From the NCBI GenBank assembly GCA_951406725.2, contig OX597821.1:186001-250000 (forward strand): a stretch of DNA of 64,000 nt. The letters run 5' to 3'. The notes below the pieces were generated by a model. The model had not been told where the DNA came from, searched no databases, and saw only the letters and a program-made list of their open reading frames with translations. The stretch comes from Octopus vulgaris. Taxonomy: Eukaryota. Every line of letters begins with the position of its first letter. The first letter of the stretch is position 1. Positions 26,398 to 40,313 of the stretch are shown here, piece by piece. A program made the position numbers and the translations under genes.

Positions 26398-26646
26398 TAT
26401 GGGTACAGGACGTAAAAAAACGTAGACAAAATGAGAAACGAGAACATAAAAAGCAAAAACTTAGAAAACGAACTTTTCTTTCCGAACAACAAAAGAAACA
26501 GGGAAACGAACCAGGAACATAAAAACATTCCCTTCAACAGTTGTCCCTTGTTTTATCTACTCCGCGTTCCGAAGGTCTATGTTTTTGTGTTTTATGTTCT
26601 CGTTTCTCATTTTGTCTACGTTTTTTTGATGTCCTGTACTCATATA
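26398..26646. repeat. Imperfect inverted repeat of about 70 bp flanked by microsatellites
   Basis: 26398-26465 is the reverse complement of about 26576-26646. Confidence 0.7.
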
Positions 26647-26754
26647 TACATGTATATGTAGGTATGTACATATATGTATGTATATATGCATATATTTATA
26701 TATTATTTATATTATCATATGATCGAACGCCACGCATCCATTTCCAAGTAAGTT

Positions 26755-26840
<86 letters not shown>
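26755..26840. repeat. (ATCT)n microsatellite
   Basis: Perfect tetranucleotide run. Confidence 0.95.
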
Positions 26841-26879
26841 CGTTTGATAGTATTCATTAACAGATCAGCTCCTAGGTTA

Positions 26880-29800
26880 ACTGCTTATTTTATTGTGTTT
26901 TTGACAAAGTTTCGTTTTAATTTTTGCACACGGAGTGTGTAAGACACCCAGCTTTCGTCTGGGTGTGTTTTCCGGAGGGGATTTTGCCCCTAGGGGCATT
27001 TTCAGCCTCGAATATATATCAAAATTTTTGCTGCAATAACTTGTTTTTTCACACAATGTCGGCGAAGCGTTTCTCATAACATACAAACGCTGTTCTCTCT
27101 CTCTCTCTCGTTTGCATCTATTCTTTACGTTCTACATTGTCGGAGTTTTTCAACTTTTCAAACACCCAACTTTCGTTTGAGTCTTTTTTAGATAAAGAAT
27201 TCGCCCATAGGGGCATTTTCATCAATTTATTTTTCTTTTTCTTGGAAAAAAAAATAACGTCGAGAAATCTTATCGCAGAAAAATATTCTACGAAGATTTC
27301 CCTGTTTTGGAAAATACAGTCAACAAGGACGCTGAAAGAAAGAAAGATAAAACTGAAATCAACACCACCACCAACATAAATGATAGAACTAAAACTGACA
27401 CAAAGACCATTAACAACAACAAGAATAACAACAACAAAAATGAAATAAATATTATCACACCCAATAGTGAAGATAATATTAACATAACAGAAGAAACAGT
27501 ACATGAAAAAGCTAAAACCAAGAATAATTCTGATACAACAACAACAAAAACACACAACGACAACAACTGCCAGAATAGAACTGTGAATTTCGCTGACACC
27601 CTGCGTCAGAAAAAGAAATTATACAGTTCACAAATGAAGAGTTGATAGAGACAAGATCACTCTTCACAACCTCAAGGCAAGATTTAATATTACATACACC
27701 ACAACATATTAAAGAAGAAATAGAAAAAAAAAACAATTATATATAGAATTATTAGAAAAAACAAAAAAACAAAACGGAAGTAGAGAAATGCGTGATAAAA
27801 ATAATGAAAATAAAAGAGTACATAAACTGGGGTCCCCAGTTTAATACTGGTGGTTCGCTTCCCTAACCAGGAAGTGGCAAAAGCTCACTCTACGGAGACT
27901 TTGCAAAATGATGAAATCATCATGATACCATATTACAAAGGACAAAGAGTGAGCAAAATTAGAATAAAAAATGTCCCGACAGAAATACCACCCAAATGGA
28001 TAACATCGGCGATATGTTATCATTTGAAATCGATAAACATTTTGGAAATCGCCGTGTTCAAAAATGATAATTGGGGTGGTAAATCAATAGAGGTAACCAT
28101 TCAGATCGATGGGTCCTCTATCGAGAACCTACCAAATATTCATTTGGAAAATGGGCAAAGCTTATATGTGGTAGCAGAAGGGGAAAAAAACAAGATGCTG
28201 TGGCGGTCCAGAACACTTAATTGCGAAGTGCGTTCTGGGACAGAAAAAACAAATCAGAAAACAAATAAAAAAACCTTTGCTACCAACACCACCACACCCA
28301 ATTATGGAACAATGCCAAGAAAAACAACAAACCAGCAAACAAACCCCAACATCATCACGAAAAGAAACAGCACCAACACAATTACCGTTGACGTCGCAAC
28401 CAATTAAAGATGCGAAACCAAAACCAACACCAAAAGACAGACCAACACCAGCACCAAGGACGACAACTAAGAAAACAGAAAACAGTGACGAGAAGACAAA
28501 TTCTACCCCTAACACCACAACAACACAAACACCGCACAAAACAGCAACAATTTCTACAAACATACATATTAACGCAAATGCTTTGCCTTTACCCCCTTCT
28601 GATTCGTCAGACTCTTCGTCCAACGACGAAAGTTCGATGGAATGGCCACAGGGGGTAAAAGGAAAAGATAAAAAAAGCCCACCAAACAAGTAAGTAAAGC
28701 AGGAAGATATTTAACTCCGGACAGCACCCCCTTAGACAATCAAAACATCAATGACCCCGCAAAACCACACACACAACTAACAGCAATAGACACGGACAAT
28801 AAAAAACTAATGGAATACATTGCTTTCAACACGAACATCTGTGAAGATGACTTTAAAATAAATAATCATCCGCGCACTACACCACCGAAACACATAAGAA
28901 TTGTACACATAACACAAACACAACACCACACAGTGAAAACCATATTTCCAAATGCGGTAGGGGGGGGGGGTTCAAAAATATTTATTAAAGAAACTATACA
29001 AACACCTCCTCAAAGACATTTCAAAAGAAGAAAAAAACTGAAACTTTCGAAATGAGTAAGTGACCTTCCCTCTTGCCTCTTGTCTCTCTCAATGTAGTGT
29101 GTGAAACACAAATTTCTTAAACATCAGTTATGCTTAAATTAGGTTGTGTGAATGCGCGTGGCTTGGCGTCGGCTTGGAAGCAAGGTTACCTTCTAAAAGA
29201 CATCAAGTCACTGAACGTGGATATAGTAGCTCTCAGTGAAACCAAACTCAGCAAGCCGCGGGCCCTCGCGTCCATGTTTGGCGATCAATTCGACATTTAT
29301 TTTTCTCCCTGTCTGCCGAACATGGGTGGTGAAGGTACCGTTGTGCTTTTTCAAAAGAGTCTAAATGTAAAAGTAAGAACAATATTCCTAGACCCGGATG
29401 TTAGGCTGGTTGTCTTGGACGTGGATGACAGAAATGGGTGTGCATTCCGTCTGATGGCAGTTTATGCACCGTCCTTAACGGGTCGGGCGGATTTCTTCAG
29501 ACGTCTTGAGGTTTTCCTGGGTACGTCTAGACCTTTACTGTTAGTAGGGGATTGGAACGCTACCTTGGACACGCATCTAGACTATGTGGGAAAGGATAGG
29601 AATAGAAGGGGGTGTAAGTGCCTCAAAGACCTACTCAGACGTTTCCATTTGTCTGACAGGTTCCGACTTGACCGTCCGAACGTGCCAACGTGGACTTGGA
29701 CAAACTGCGTCGGATCGTCGAGATCTTATCTAGATAGAATTCTATGCAGGACAGCGGATAGGGATAGTGTAGGATGTCCACAATTTAAAATAGTCAGCTA

Positions 29801-32305
29801 CACAGATCACAAATTTGTGACATGTACGCTCGACTTAGATAAGACACATAGACAGGGTCCCGGTTACTGGAAACTGAACACGTCGCTCTTAGCGCGACAG
29901 GTTTACAGGAACCGGATTAGCGAGTTAATTAAGAGGGCGTTGGCAGGAGCCGTCGTTAACAACCGCTGGTGGTTCGCCCTGAAAATGGCAATAAAATCGG
30001 AATCAATTAGGTTTAGCAAGGAATTAGCGATAGATCGAAATAGAGTAGAGGGAGACCTGGTTAAAAAACTAGAAGAGACACTTTCTATTGGCAACGCAAC
30101 CAACGTGCTGGCTGCGAGGATGGCCCTCGACCAACACCTCAACGCCAAACACGAAGGTTGCGTCGTCAGAGCTAAAATGCGTGCCTTAAGGAACGAAGGG
30201 ATTGAAGCTGCGCGAGAGGCCCGGGTAGCGGAGGCGCAACGTAGCAACAGAGCCACCATTCGGTCTCTAATAGATCAACAGGGATGCAGTTTACTCGAAC
30301 CCGAAAGGATGTGTGAGGCCTTTCAACAGCACTTTGCTCGACTGTTTGGTGCGAGTGGTGAGTCGGAACGCGGAATGGATTTCAGTGCCTACCTGACCGA
30401 CCTGCCGCGGCTCTCGGCAAAAGAAGCGGAGTGTTGTGAAAGTCCCATCACAGCCGCTGACGTGCGGGATGCGATGGCGGGCTGCGCGAGGGATAAGTCA
30501 CCTGGATTGAATGGTTTACCCTACGAGCTGTATTGTCAAATGCCAGACTTGTTTGGCGACCTCTTGGCATCAGTCTACTGCATCTGGCAACAAAACGGGA
30601 GAATCCCTGGTTTCGTGAGCCGAGGTGCAGTGACGTTGCTGAAGAAAGACCCAAACAAGGGGAATTTTATAGATAATTTCAGGCCCATCACTCTGCTCAA
30701 TGCAGATTTGAAAATTTTGACCAAAGTAATAGCCGAGAGGTTGGCGCTTGTCATTGGTAAACTGGTCGACACGGCGCAAACATGCGTCGTGCCGGGCAGA
30801 ACCATACATGACAACCTCCATCTGATTCGCTACATTGTGGATAGGGTAGTTAAGGATCCTGGCATGGGTGGGTCACTGACCAATTTGGATCAGTCTAAAG
30901 CCTTCGATAGGGTCGAACATCGGTACTTGGCGGCTGGCTTCGGTTCCGTCTTCCGCGGTTGGATCGCTGCCTTATATAGCGGCATCCGGTCGGTGATTCG
31001 GGTGAACGGTCACCTGTCGAAACCGTTTGACATCACGCGTTCGGTCCGTCAGGGGTGTCCCCCGTCGGCGCTTCTGTATGTATTGACTCTCGAGCCGCTA
31101 CTGCGGAAGCTGGCGACACTGAGGGGCATCCCACGGGAACTGGGTTGCGGGACGAGCGTGTTGGCATATGCGGACGATGTCACCGTCATAGTGTCGAGCG
31201 AAAAACACATCCAGATGATAGGCGAGACACTAAAAAAATACGAAACGGTGACGGGAGCGAAAATTAACCCGGAAAAGTCAGTGGGTTTGCAACTCGGCAC
31301 CTGGAGAAGCAAGCCCATGCCGTCCGACTGCGGCTCAGTAGTGGGACGCTGGACGGACGGACCGGTTAAATTGCTCGGGGTCTGGTTCAGTCCGGACCTC
31401 CAAATGGATAAGAACTGGGACGAGATCACGAGTAGAGTGGTCGCTCTCAGCCAAACATGGGCCGAGAGAAAGCTGTCTCTAAAAGGCCGGGCGGAGGTGG
31501 CGAACGCGTACATCGCATCCGTCATCGATTACCGCCTGACCGTCGTGCCTTGTCCCGACGCCACCATCACCAAACTGGAACGGATATTCTTCCGCTTCCT
31601 GTGGCGTTCCGATGGTGAAGAAGTCCATTTGCTGTCAACATCCGTTAAATGGAGGACTGGGCATGCCGTGGTTGATGATGCGCAGGCATGCGCTGAGACT
31701 TCGACATCTCTGGAACTTCATCGATGACAGTGAACAGGTGTGGGCGCCGTTTGTGAGGCGTGCCTTCCCGCAGCTCGTCTCACTGACCGAACTGCAAACG
31801 TGGATCAAGAAGAGACCGAAACTGGGCGATTGGCACCGAGAGTATCGCCAAGCTCTACAGCAGCTCTGCCGACCGGGATCAAGCTTGTGCAACTTACAAA
31901 CGACTAAAGCGTTCTATAGAGGACTAGTGGAGGGGAGCTCCGACGACACACTCGGGGAAAACCTGGGCGTCGACGAGAAATTCCTAACCCGCCTTTTCAG
32001 GACGATGTTCGGGCCGGGGCCTATGGATAACTTCCAGAGATCCCTGGCTTGGCAATGCTATCGAGACGCACTACCTGTTCGAGAGAAGAGCTGCAGGCAC
32101 GGTTCGAAAACCATCACTGGATCGACCTGCCCGAGATGCAGTCAGAGCGACGAAACCGTTCTGCACGCACTCGTGCAGTGTCCAGATATTTCAGAGCTGT
32201 GGACCTTCGTCGAACAGCTGTTGTCGCGTGTAGGACGGGCCCGCTTATCGGCCGAGTCTATCGTGAATATTGTTCCACCACCTTCCTTTAAACGGGAAGG
32301 GAAAA
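26880..32305 (+). mobile_element. Tx1/L1-clade non-LTR retrotransposon (ORF1 fragmented, 3' end truncated)
   Basis: Broken ORF1-like frames at about 27300-29055, followed by an APE-RT-zinc knuckle ORF2. Confidence 0.85.
29130..32305 (+). pseudogene. ORF2: AP endonuclease, RT and CCHC knuckle, with a frameshift near 31610
   Basis: Motifs NARGL, LSET, GDWN, SYLDRI, YTDH, KSPG, FRPITLLN, AFDRV, RQGCP, YADD and CPRC...H...C. Confidence 0.92.
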
Positions 32306-32419
32306 CGGAAGTACCACTTGAAAAGGAGGATGAGAATAGAGAGGAAGGCTTTGTCGAACGAATCACACGAACTCACATAAAGAATCTTGCAAACCAAATC
32401 CAAAAATGAAAGCATCAAT

Positions 32420-32795
32420 ATTTACTTGAAATAGCAGTCGATACATTTACGACGCTATAGTAAAGCTTCAATGTGTTGTAACTGGCAAAGACGTGTCAGG
32501 GCAGCAAACATAAACATTTTTGTCTTACCTCTAGGAATAACATTATATAAATGGACAACCCAGAATCGGATAACCCATACCTAAATTTCGAACTCTTCAA
32601 ATACATTTGTCATCGTAAATTTGATTAGTCTTCATCAGCTGGATTTACCTGGACAATATTTCAAATGTTGCTACATCAATGCCAGTTTACTCGCGAGAAT
32701 AGTGAAAAAATTTTCAATGAAAAATAGAAAATAAAATATTGCAATACAAATGTATTACTTTCCAGTAAAATAAAGCATCGTAAAGGTAGAAGTAT
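32420..32795 (-). mobile_element. Second copy of the hammerhead-bearing repeat found at 6930-7283
   Basis: Shares the same sequence blocks in permuted order. Degenerate hammerhead at 32572-32645. Confidence 0.75.
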
Positions 32796-32799
32796 ATAT

Positions 32800-32935
32800 A
32801 TATACACGACGGACTTTCAGTTTGTCTACCAAATCCACTCACAAGGCTTTGATCGGTCCGAGGGTATAGTAGAAGACGCTTGCTCAAAGTGCCACACAGT
32901 GGGACTGAACCTGGAACCATGTGCTTGGTAAGCAA
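32800..32935 (-). mobile_element. SINE family A head
   Basis: Matches the 5' part of family A. Confidence 0.8.
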
Positions 32936-33462
32936 AAAAAAAAGAAGAAAAAAAAGAATTGTATGTGATTTAAGGGCTATTTAGGTGTTATTTTTAGCAT
33001 ATATCTTACAACAACTTTATTGTCTCCTCGTTTTTTTGCCATTCTGATATATCGATGTTTTTCGATAACTTTTTCCTCATAAACACATTTAAAAGCCTAT
33101 TGGTGGTATTTAAACAAAAAAACATAAAAGAAAAAAAAGAAACCGCAAAGAAAAAAAAAATGATTCAAAAAATTATTGTAGAAATTTTTTTGATAGTCGT
33201 ACGAATCCTCGTGTGCAGAACACAAATACACAAAAAATTTTTTGAAAATTCCCCAAAGCATAAAAGTTGTATGGTGTGCTTAAAGCAGAATTCCGCCAAA
33301 AATTTTTTCAAAATTTCAGTTTCTTTTACATTTTTGTCCTTCAATTCCTTTCCCCTTTCCCTATGTGGTAGCGGTGATAGCTATTCCAAAACACTACCAG
33401 GATTAATTTAACCTAACGGCGTCCAATTAAAAAATATAAACAATCTTTGGTTTATTAATTAA

Positions 33463-33762
33463 CTAGCAGTATCGCCCGGCGTTGCTCGGGTTTGTAAGGG
33501 AAATAACTATATAAGCATTTTTAGAGAGTTACCTCCCTTATATAATAGCAAAAAAAGTGCATTAAAAATGGGAAAAAATGATGGTAAATTTTTTTTTTAA
33601 TCGTAGGCTCATCGTAGACGCGTGCTAATACCCAGAAGGGCTCCATATGAATCACGACTATAAGATACCCGCTTTTGGTTAAACTGCATCGCAAAATGTG
33701 GGAGTAGTTAGGAATCTAAATTGTAGGAGACAGACACACAACTTCACTTTTATATATAAAGA
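33463..33762 (-). mobile_element. Non-autonomous Helitron (300 bp)
   Basis: Minus strand reads A|TC... then a CCCG..CGGG hairpin and CTAG|T, at an AT insertion site. The element is absent from the paralogous segment near 21460-21830. Confidence 0.75.
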
Positions 33763-34194
33763 TAAATTACTAAGGGAGATAACTAAATAAAGAATTACTT
33801 AAGGGACGTAACTCTCATAGATATCTGCTGAACAACAAATTTTTGTAAGTTTTATTAGTCCGCTTTGCTATGAAGACATATTTGTCTGGAAGTAGAAGTT
33901 GTTTTTCATTGTCGACATACCACACCGTATTGACATTCGACTCTGTTGGACCGTATCAAGAACGAATAAGTTATCGCCTCACAGATAAGTTTGTCTTTTT
34001 TTGTTTAATTTTTAGACTTCACTAATTTAGACTTTATTTTTATATTTTCTCTTTCATTTAAACACTTCAATTAAAACATTCTCAGCAATTCCACTGCACT
34101 TGGGACGTTTTACTAAATGCAGTTACTGTAAGAGTGGGCGGTAAATGTGTTTTTCTACCATGAACAACCCGTCTTCATATATATCTGTGACTAT

Positions 34195-34963
34195 CAGGGA
34201 CATATATTTCAGGTGTGCTGCACACCCACCGAAAATGGCAAATTCATTATAAATATTAACCTTACTTATTAATTTAATCACAAATCTTAATGGAAAACTT
34301 TTGTTATATGTCTGCTTGAAATTTGGTGGCATTTTATTATACACCTGCTTGAAAATTGGTGGTGTTATATGTCTGCTTGAAATTTGGTGGCATTTTGTTA
34401 TACTCCTACTTTGAATTTGGTGGCATTTTGGGCAAGACTTCTGCCCGTCCCCACCAAACCATTCTTTTTTAAAACTTTTTTCGACACAATCCCCACCCCT
34501 TTCGGCTACGGAGAATACGAATCTGCAAAAAAATTGGCAAAAATCGACATTTCTAAATTACCACTCCACTCCCATTTCCTTCATTTTAAACTTTTTTTCA
34601 CATAATTTTTTCAAAATATACTGAAAAATACAGACATCATGATTCAGACAAAAATTTCAAAACATTTCTGTACTTAGGGTTAGGGTTGCAGAAAAAAAGT
34701 CAACATTGAAGAAGTTGCGGGTTAGGGTTAGGTTCACAATGCCGATATTTGGCAATTTTCCGGAACCTCCATATCTGAAAATGGAGATTTTTGTCAAAAA
34801 AATTTTTTTAAATATACAAATTTGGGAGAAAATGGTGGGGGATGGGCAGAAGTGTTTCTGCATTTTGTTTTACCCCTGCTTGAAATTTGGTGGTGTCATA
34901 CCCCTGCTAGAAATTTTGTTTTGGTTGCAGCAGCACACCCAATGCAACTACTATACACCACTG
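34195..34963. mobile_element. hAT-like non-autonomous element with a nested TIR element at 34431-34859
   Basis: CAG...CTG ends with an 8-bp TSD GTGACTAT/GTGACTAC. The nested element has TIRs ACTTCTGCCC(G/A)TCCCC and flanking GCATTTTG repeats. Confidence 0.6.
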
Positions 34964-34971
34964 GTGACTAC

Positions 34972-35106
34972 CAGTTGTGTAGCCAGAGGGTTTGCTGCTT
35001 AGAGCAGCCCTTGAGTTTTCCACCCATCTAGGCTTATACAAGCTTATACAGCATACCCAAACGTTTTGCTCAGGGTGGACTGCTACACTGCCTAGCTATG
35101 CTACTG
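34972..35106. mobile_element. Small hAT-like MITE
   Basis: Imperfect TIRs CAGTTGTGTAGC / GCTATGCTACTG, flanked by GTGACTAC and GTGTCTAT. Confidence 0.5.
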
Positions 35107-36374
35107 GTGTCTATAGTATCTTAGACATTAGGGTGTGATTTGTAGAAGATTTGGGTAGTATATTTTGTAGGAAGAATGGTCACCAAGAATTTTTCTGGAT
35201 GGATTTGGTTTTAGAGCAGCTTCAAAGATCTTTTGAACATTATTTTTAGTTACAAATAGTTTTACATATTCTAAGTTATTGGGGTTTAGGATTGAATATG
35301 TATGATAGTTGTTGAGTGATGTAGAACAATTATTATAGTTTCTAGGTGAGGTGCAAGGCCTAAAATATTTTGTAGGGAGTTAATCAGTGCCATTGACTCC
35401 AGTATATGACTGGTACTTTATTTTCTCAACACTGAAAGGTAAAGTTGACCTCAATGGGATTTTAACTTGGAATGTAATGAGACAGTACAGATAAACCAAT
35501 GTTTTCTGTCTGCTGTTAACAATTCTGTTAATCCTCCATCCTCTGGAACAATTTTAATAAATATAATTTGTTTCCAAACTGAGACTTTTGGTGATTTGTT
35601 GCATTTGGGAAGACACATCAAACTATGTAAAATTGTAGTCATGGCCAGTGCAGGTGACACACAAAAGGCACCTCTGTGTGTCACACATAAAAAGGTACCC
35701 ATGCTGGTGACATGTAAAAGGCACCTGTGATGATGACACTCAAGACACTGAGTACACTTGATGGAATGATTGGTATTAGGGAGGGTATCCAGCTGTAGAA
35801 ATGAAACCAAAACACATTGGAGCCTGCTGCACTTCTGTGGCTAAACCAGTTCCAGTCAAACCATCTAATCTGTCAGAAAAAAAACATATACATAATTATG
35901 CATATATAAACACACATATATAAACGTACTTCTGTACACATAAACACACATAAATATCTGCCCGCTTATATAAACGCATATGCACATATAAAACCATAGG
36001 TGCATATTAACATACATATGCATCCATACACATATAAATACATATATGCACACATGCATGCATACCTGTATACATAAATGCATACATGCATATACATACA
36101 TACACACATATACATACATGCATGCACATACATATACGTACACGTACATACATATACATATCTACACACATACGCAAACCCATACAAAAATCTACGAGTC
36201 CATATATATACATACATATATATACACACATACATATATATACACATATACACATACACCCATACAAAAATCTACAAGTCCATATATATATACATACATA
36301 CATATACATATATACACATATATACATACATACACATACGTACTTACACCCATACACAAATATATATATACATA

Positions 36375-36620
36375 TGATTGATTGATTGATTGATTCTAGT
36401 TTCAGCTTATGAGCTGTGGCCATGCTGGGGCACCGCCATTTGGTGTTGCTACTTGGTTTCACTTCATGGAGGCTTTCTAGCAACTGCTATTTGGTGCATG
36501 AGAGAGTTCGATGCAGCTGCCCTCATCTGCCCCTCCTGCCGTGAAGTTGGTTCATCTGGGACACCTGACAGGAAGAGATCCAGCTCCATTTTAAAGACAT
36601 CTGTATCCACCCCATGCATA
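36375..36620 (-). mobile_element. 3' end of the CR1/L2-like LINE family seen at 62277-63340
   Basis: Close reverse-complement match to 63095-63340, including the (TCAA)n tail. Confidence 0.85.
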
Positions 36621-36800
36621 TACATATACATACATAAATAAGTATATGCATATATAAATACACATACGCATATCTACACACATACACACACACTCACTCA
36701 CACACACGCACACACACACACCTATATATACACATATAAAAGTCTACAAGTCCATACACTTACACACATACATATATATATATTTTATTTTATAGAAGGA

Positions 36801-36849
36801 GCTTCTACAGGACTAGAACTGTTTCATTCAAAAGAAATCATCAGGAAGC
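36801..36849 (-). ncRNA. Type I hammerhead ribozyme
   Basis: GCTTC-CTGATGA-TTTCTTTTGAAT-GAAA-CAG(TTCTAGTC)CTG-TA-GAAGC. Confidence 0.8.
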
Positions 36850-37776
36850 AATTAGACAAGAGTTGTTTTGGTATTTATACATTTAGGCAGGTTTAAATGG
36901 GTGGTGGTGGGGGACTTTTTTGGGGGTAGGCATGGCGCAAAACTGTCATTATTAGGGGAGTGGTCAAAGGAATCGGTGGTAAAGTAGATAAAAGAATAAA
37001 AAATAAAAATAAAAATAAAAATAAAAATTAAAATTAAAAAAATATAAATAGAAAAGTTTTAGGTAAGTGGGGAGACTCTCACTTGTGCATCTACATATAT
37101 ATATATATACATACACATATACACACCCGCCTATTCACATATATCTATACATATACATACATACCCACATATACATACATATATATATATACATACATAC
37201 GTACACATACATATATATATATACATATATCTACACATACTCATGTACGTACACACAGATACACAAACACATACACATACATACACATATGTATACCCAC
37301 TCGCACATATATATACAAATGCATATACATGCACGCACATACACACACATTTTTATTCTCTTATTTTAATTTTATTAACTACTTTAGTTTATATCTTTAT
37401 TTTTATCTTGACCGGTCAAACTTGTCCCAAGGGATCTCTAAAGATACTGTTTTTCTATCAACTTACGCAAGCACTTACTCACGCCCACACATTCACACGT
37501 ACACTCACGCACAAGTTATATTCATACACGCCTACATCTACATACATTCACGTATATTCACATACACGCATACACATACATACCTCAACACACCCACAGA
37601 AGACTAGTCCATACATATACACTAATTAATATATATACACATATACATGTACACATACATACACATACATACATATACATACACATATACACATATATAT
37701 ACATATATATACACATATACATTCATATACATATACATACATATATACACTCATACATATATACACATGCACACAT

Positions 37777-37825
<49 letters not shown>

Positions 37826-38025
37826 TATATATATATATATATATCACGGGAAGCTTTATGAAAATATATATATATATATATATATATACACCTAAGTACA
37901 TACATGCATAAATGTATACATATGTCTAACACATGCATACACATCCGCACACACACGCGCCTCCTTATGTTCATAAATACATACATGCATACTGGCATAT
38001 ACATATATACATACATGCATACTCA

Positions 38026-38069
<44 letters not shown>

Positions 38070-38252
38070 TAATATATACGTGCAGTTACCCATTATTCAA
38101 ACGGATACCTACATATACACATACCCATATATACCTATTTACACATATGTATATATAAATATTCATACATACACATATAACTACATACCTACATATACAT
38201 AAACACACAAGCGTACACATATCTATCTATCTATATATATATATATATATAT

Positions 38253-38580
38253 GCGCATGGCTCAGTGGTTAGAGCGTCGAGCTTACGATCGTGAGGTTGT
38301 GAGCTCGAATCCCGGACCGGGCTGCGTGTTGTGTTCTTGAGCAAGGCACTTTATTTCACGTTGCTCCAGTTCACTCAACTGTAGAAATGAGTTGCGACGT
38401 CACTGGTGCCAAGCTGTATCGGCCTTTGTCTTTCCCTTGGATAACACTGGTGGTGTGGAGAGGGGAGGCCGGTATGCATGGGCGACTGCTGGCCTTCCAT
38501 AAACAACCTTGCCCGGACTTGTGTCTAGGAGGGTAACTTTCTAGGTGCAATCCCATGGTCATTCATGACCGAAGGAGGTC
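38253..38580 (+). mobile_element. tRNA-derived SINE family B, full length
   Basis: A box TGGCTCAGTGGTTAGAGC and B-box-like GAGCTCGAATCCC, with several copies in the window. Confidence 0.88.
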
Positions 38581-38713
38581 AAAAAAAATATATATATATA
38601 CATATATACATATACACATACATATCTATACACATATATATACGCATATACATACACATACACATATATACACATCCACATACACATACACACATACACA
38701 TATACACACACAT

Positions 38714-38770
<57 letters not shown>

Positions 38771-38823
38771 CACACGCATTTTTACACATATATATATATA
38801 CACACATACACATACACACACAT

Positions 38824-38855
<32 letters not shown>

Positions 38856-39216
38856 ATATATATACATATATACATATGTGCACATATACACATACATATA
38901 TATACATATATACACATACATACACACAAGCACCTACATGCATAAATGTATACATATGCTTATACAAATGCATACACATACACACACTCACGCGCCTCCT
39001 TATATACATAAATACATACATGCATACAAACGCATACTCGTGTAATAAATAATGAATAATAAATAATAGATATATATACACATGCAATTACACTCTGCAC
39101 AGACGGAAACATACATAGAGGCATACACGTATATACCCATCTACACATATGTATATATACATACATACACATACACACAACTCTACATACTTACATATAC
39201 ATAAACACACGAGCAT

Positions 39217-39267
<51 letters not shown>

Positions 39268-39424
39268 CATACACATACACATACATACATATATACACAC
39301 ATACACACATACATACACACATACATACACATATATACATACACATACATACATACACACACATACACATACATACACATATACATACATATACATATAT
39401 ACATACATACATACATACATATAC

Positions 39425-39463
<39 letters not shown>

Positions 39464-40117
39464 AACATATAAAATATAAAAAACCACACACATACGCACA
39501 TACCCATGTACATACATATACACATACATTAACATATACACGCACTCACATACATGCGTATATTCCTACTAACACCTATTCATTTCTATACATATATACA
39601 TTACATATATACAGGTGTACATATACAATCTGTGAGTAGTCTTAGGAGGAAAGTTAATCGGGAGTGCTGGGGGAACGGTGGGGTTGGGCGGTTTTTGTGG
39701 GTGGGGTGTCGTCAATCGGGTTGCCGGGTGGGTCTATAGTTCTTGTAGTTTGCATAAATTTTATGCATGCAATTTAGGGAGTGTTCTGAGATCTTGTTGA
39801 GGAGATGGCCTTTGGCGAACGAGATCTCGAGGCTCTCAGAAATGCAAAGGTCACAGCAGGTATGACCTCCTGTGTACGAACGCGCCTTCTGTAGTTGTCT
39901 CCACTTGGTCTTGAAGGGGATGGAGTTCCTTTTAAGGTACCAGATGTGGGCGGCGAGGGTAGTTTGGTTGGATTTATCCGGTCGCCGGAACGAGTGTGTG
40001 TGGGCGTACCAGCGGGTCTTGAAGCTGTTTGACGTCATTCCGATGTACGATTTATATATATATATATATACACATACACACATACATACATACATACACC
40101 TATACACAAGTATACAA

Positions 40118-40186
<69 letters not shown>

Positions 40187-40278
40187 TTAATCCAAACGGG
40201 AAAACAGAAAAAACAACAACACGTGGAACAATTACAGTATTATTATTATTAGGCGCTCAGGAAAATGGAAGAAGGAGG

Positions 40279-40313
40279 GTATGACGTTTCGAGCGGAGCT
40301 CTTCATCGGAAAC
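40279..40313 (-). ncRNA. Minimal hammerhead-like motif (CCGATGA core) in a short repeat at 40185-40390
   Basis: GTTT-CCGATGA-A-GAGC(TCC)GCTC-GAAA-CG-TC-ATAC. Confidence 0.5.

Larger units (their letters stand above)
36780..40050 (-). mobile_element. Penelope-like element 3' part (GIY-YIG end, microsatellite-filled 3' region, hammerhead terminus)
   Basis: 39712-40050 encodes [14 protein letters not shown]...CDLCISE, nearly identical to 43923-44260. 36780-37070 is homologous to 45230-45480. Confidence 0.6.

Noticed and set aside
34300-34430. Short spaced repeats resembling a CRISPR array
   Set aside because: The intervening sequences are short and similar to each other, the context is eukaryotic, and no cas genes are present. 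It is a minisatellite inside a MITE.
34675-34733. TTAGGG motifs as an interstitial telomere
   Set aside because: There are only two units per patch and they lie inside a TIR element.
38253-38330. tRNA-like sequence
   Set aside because: It is the head of a multicopy SINE continuing into a conserved body, with no proper acceptor stem end or terminator.
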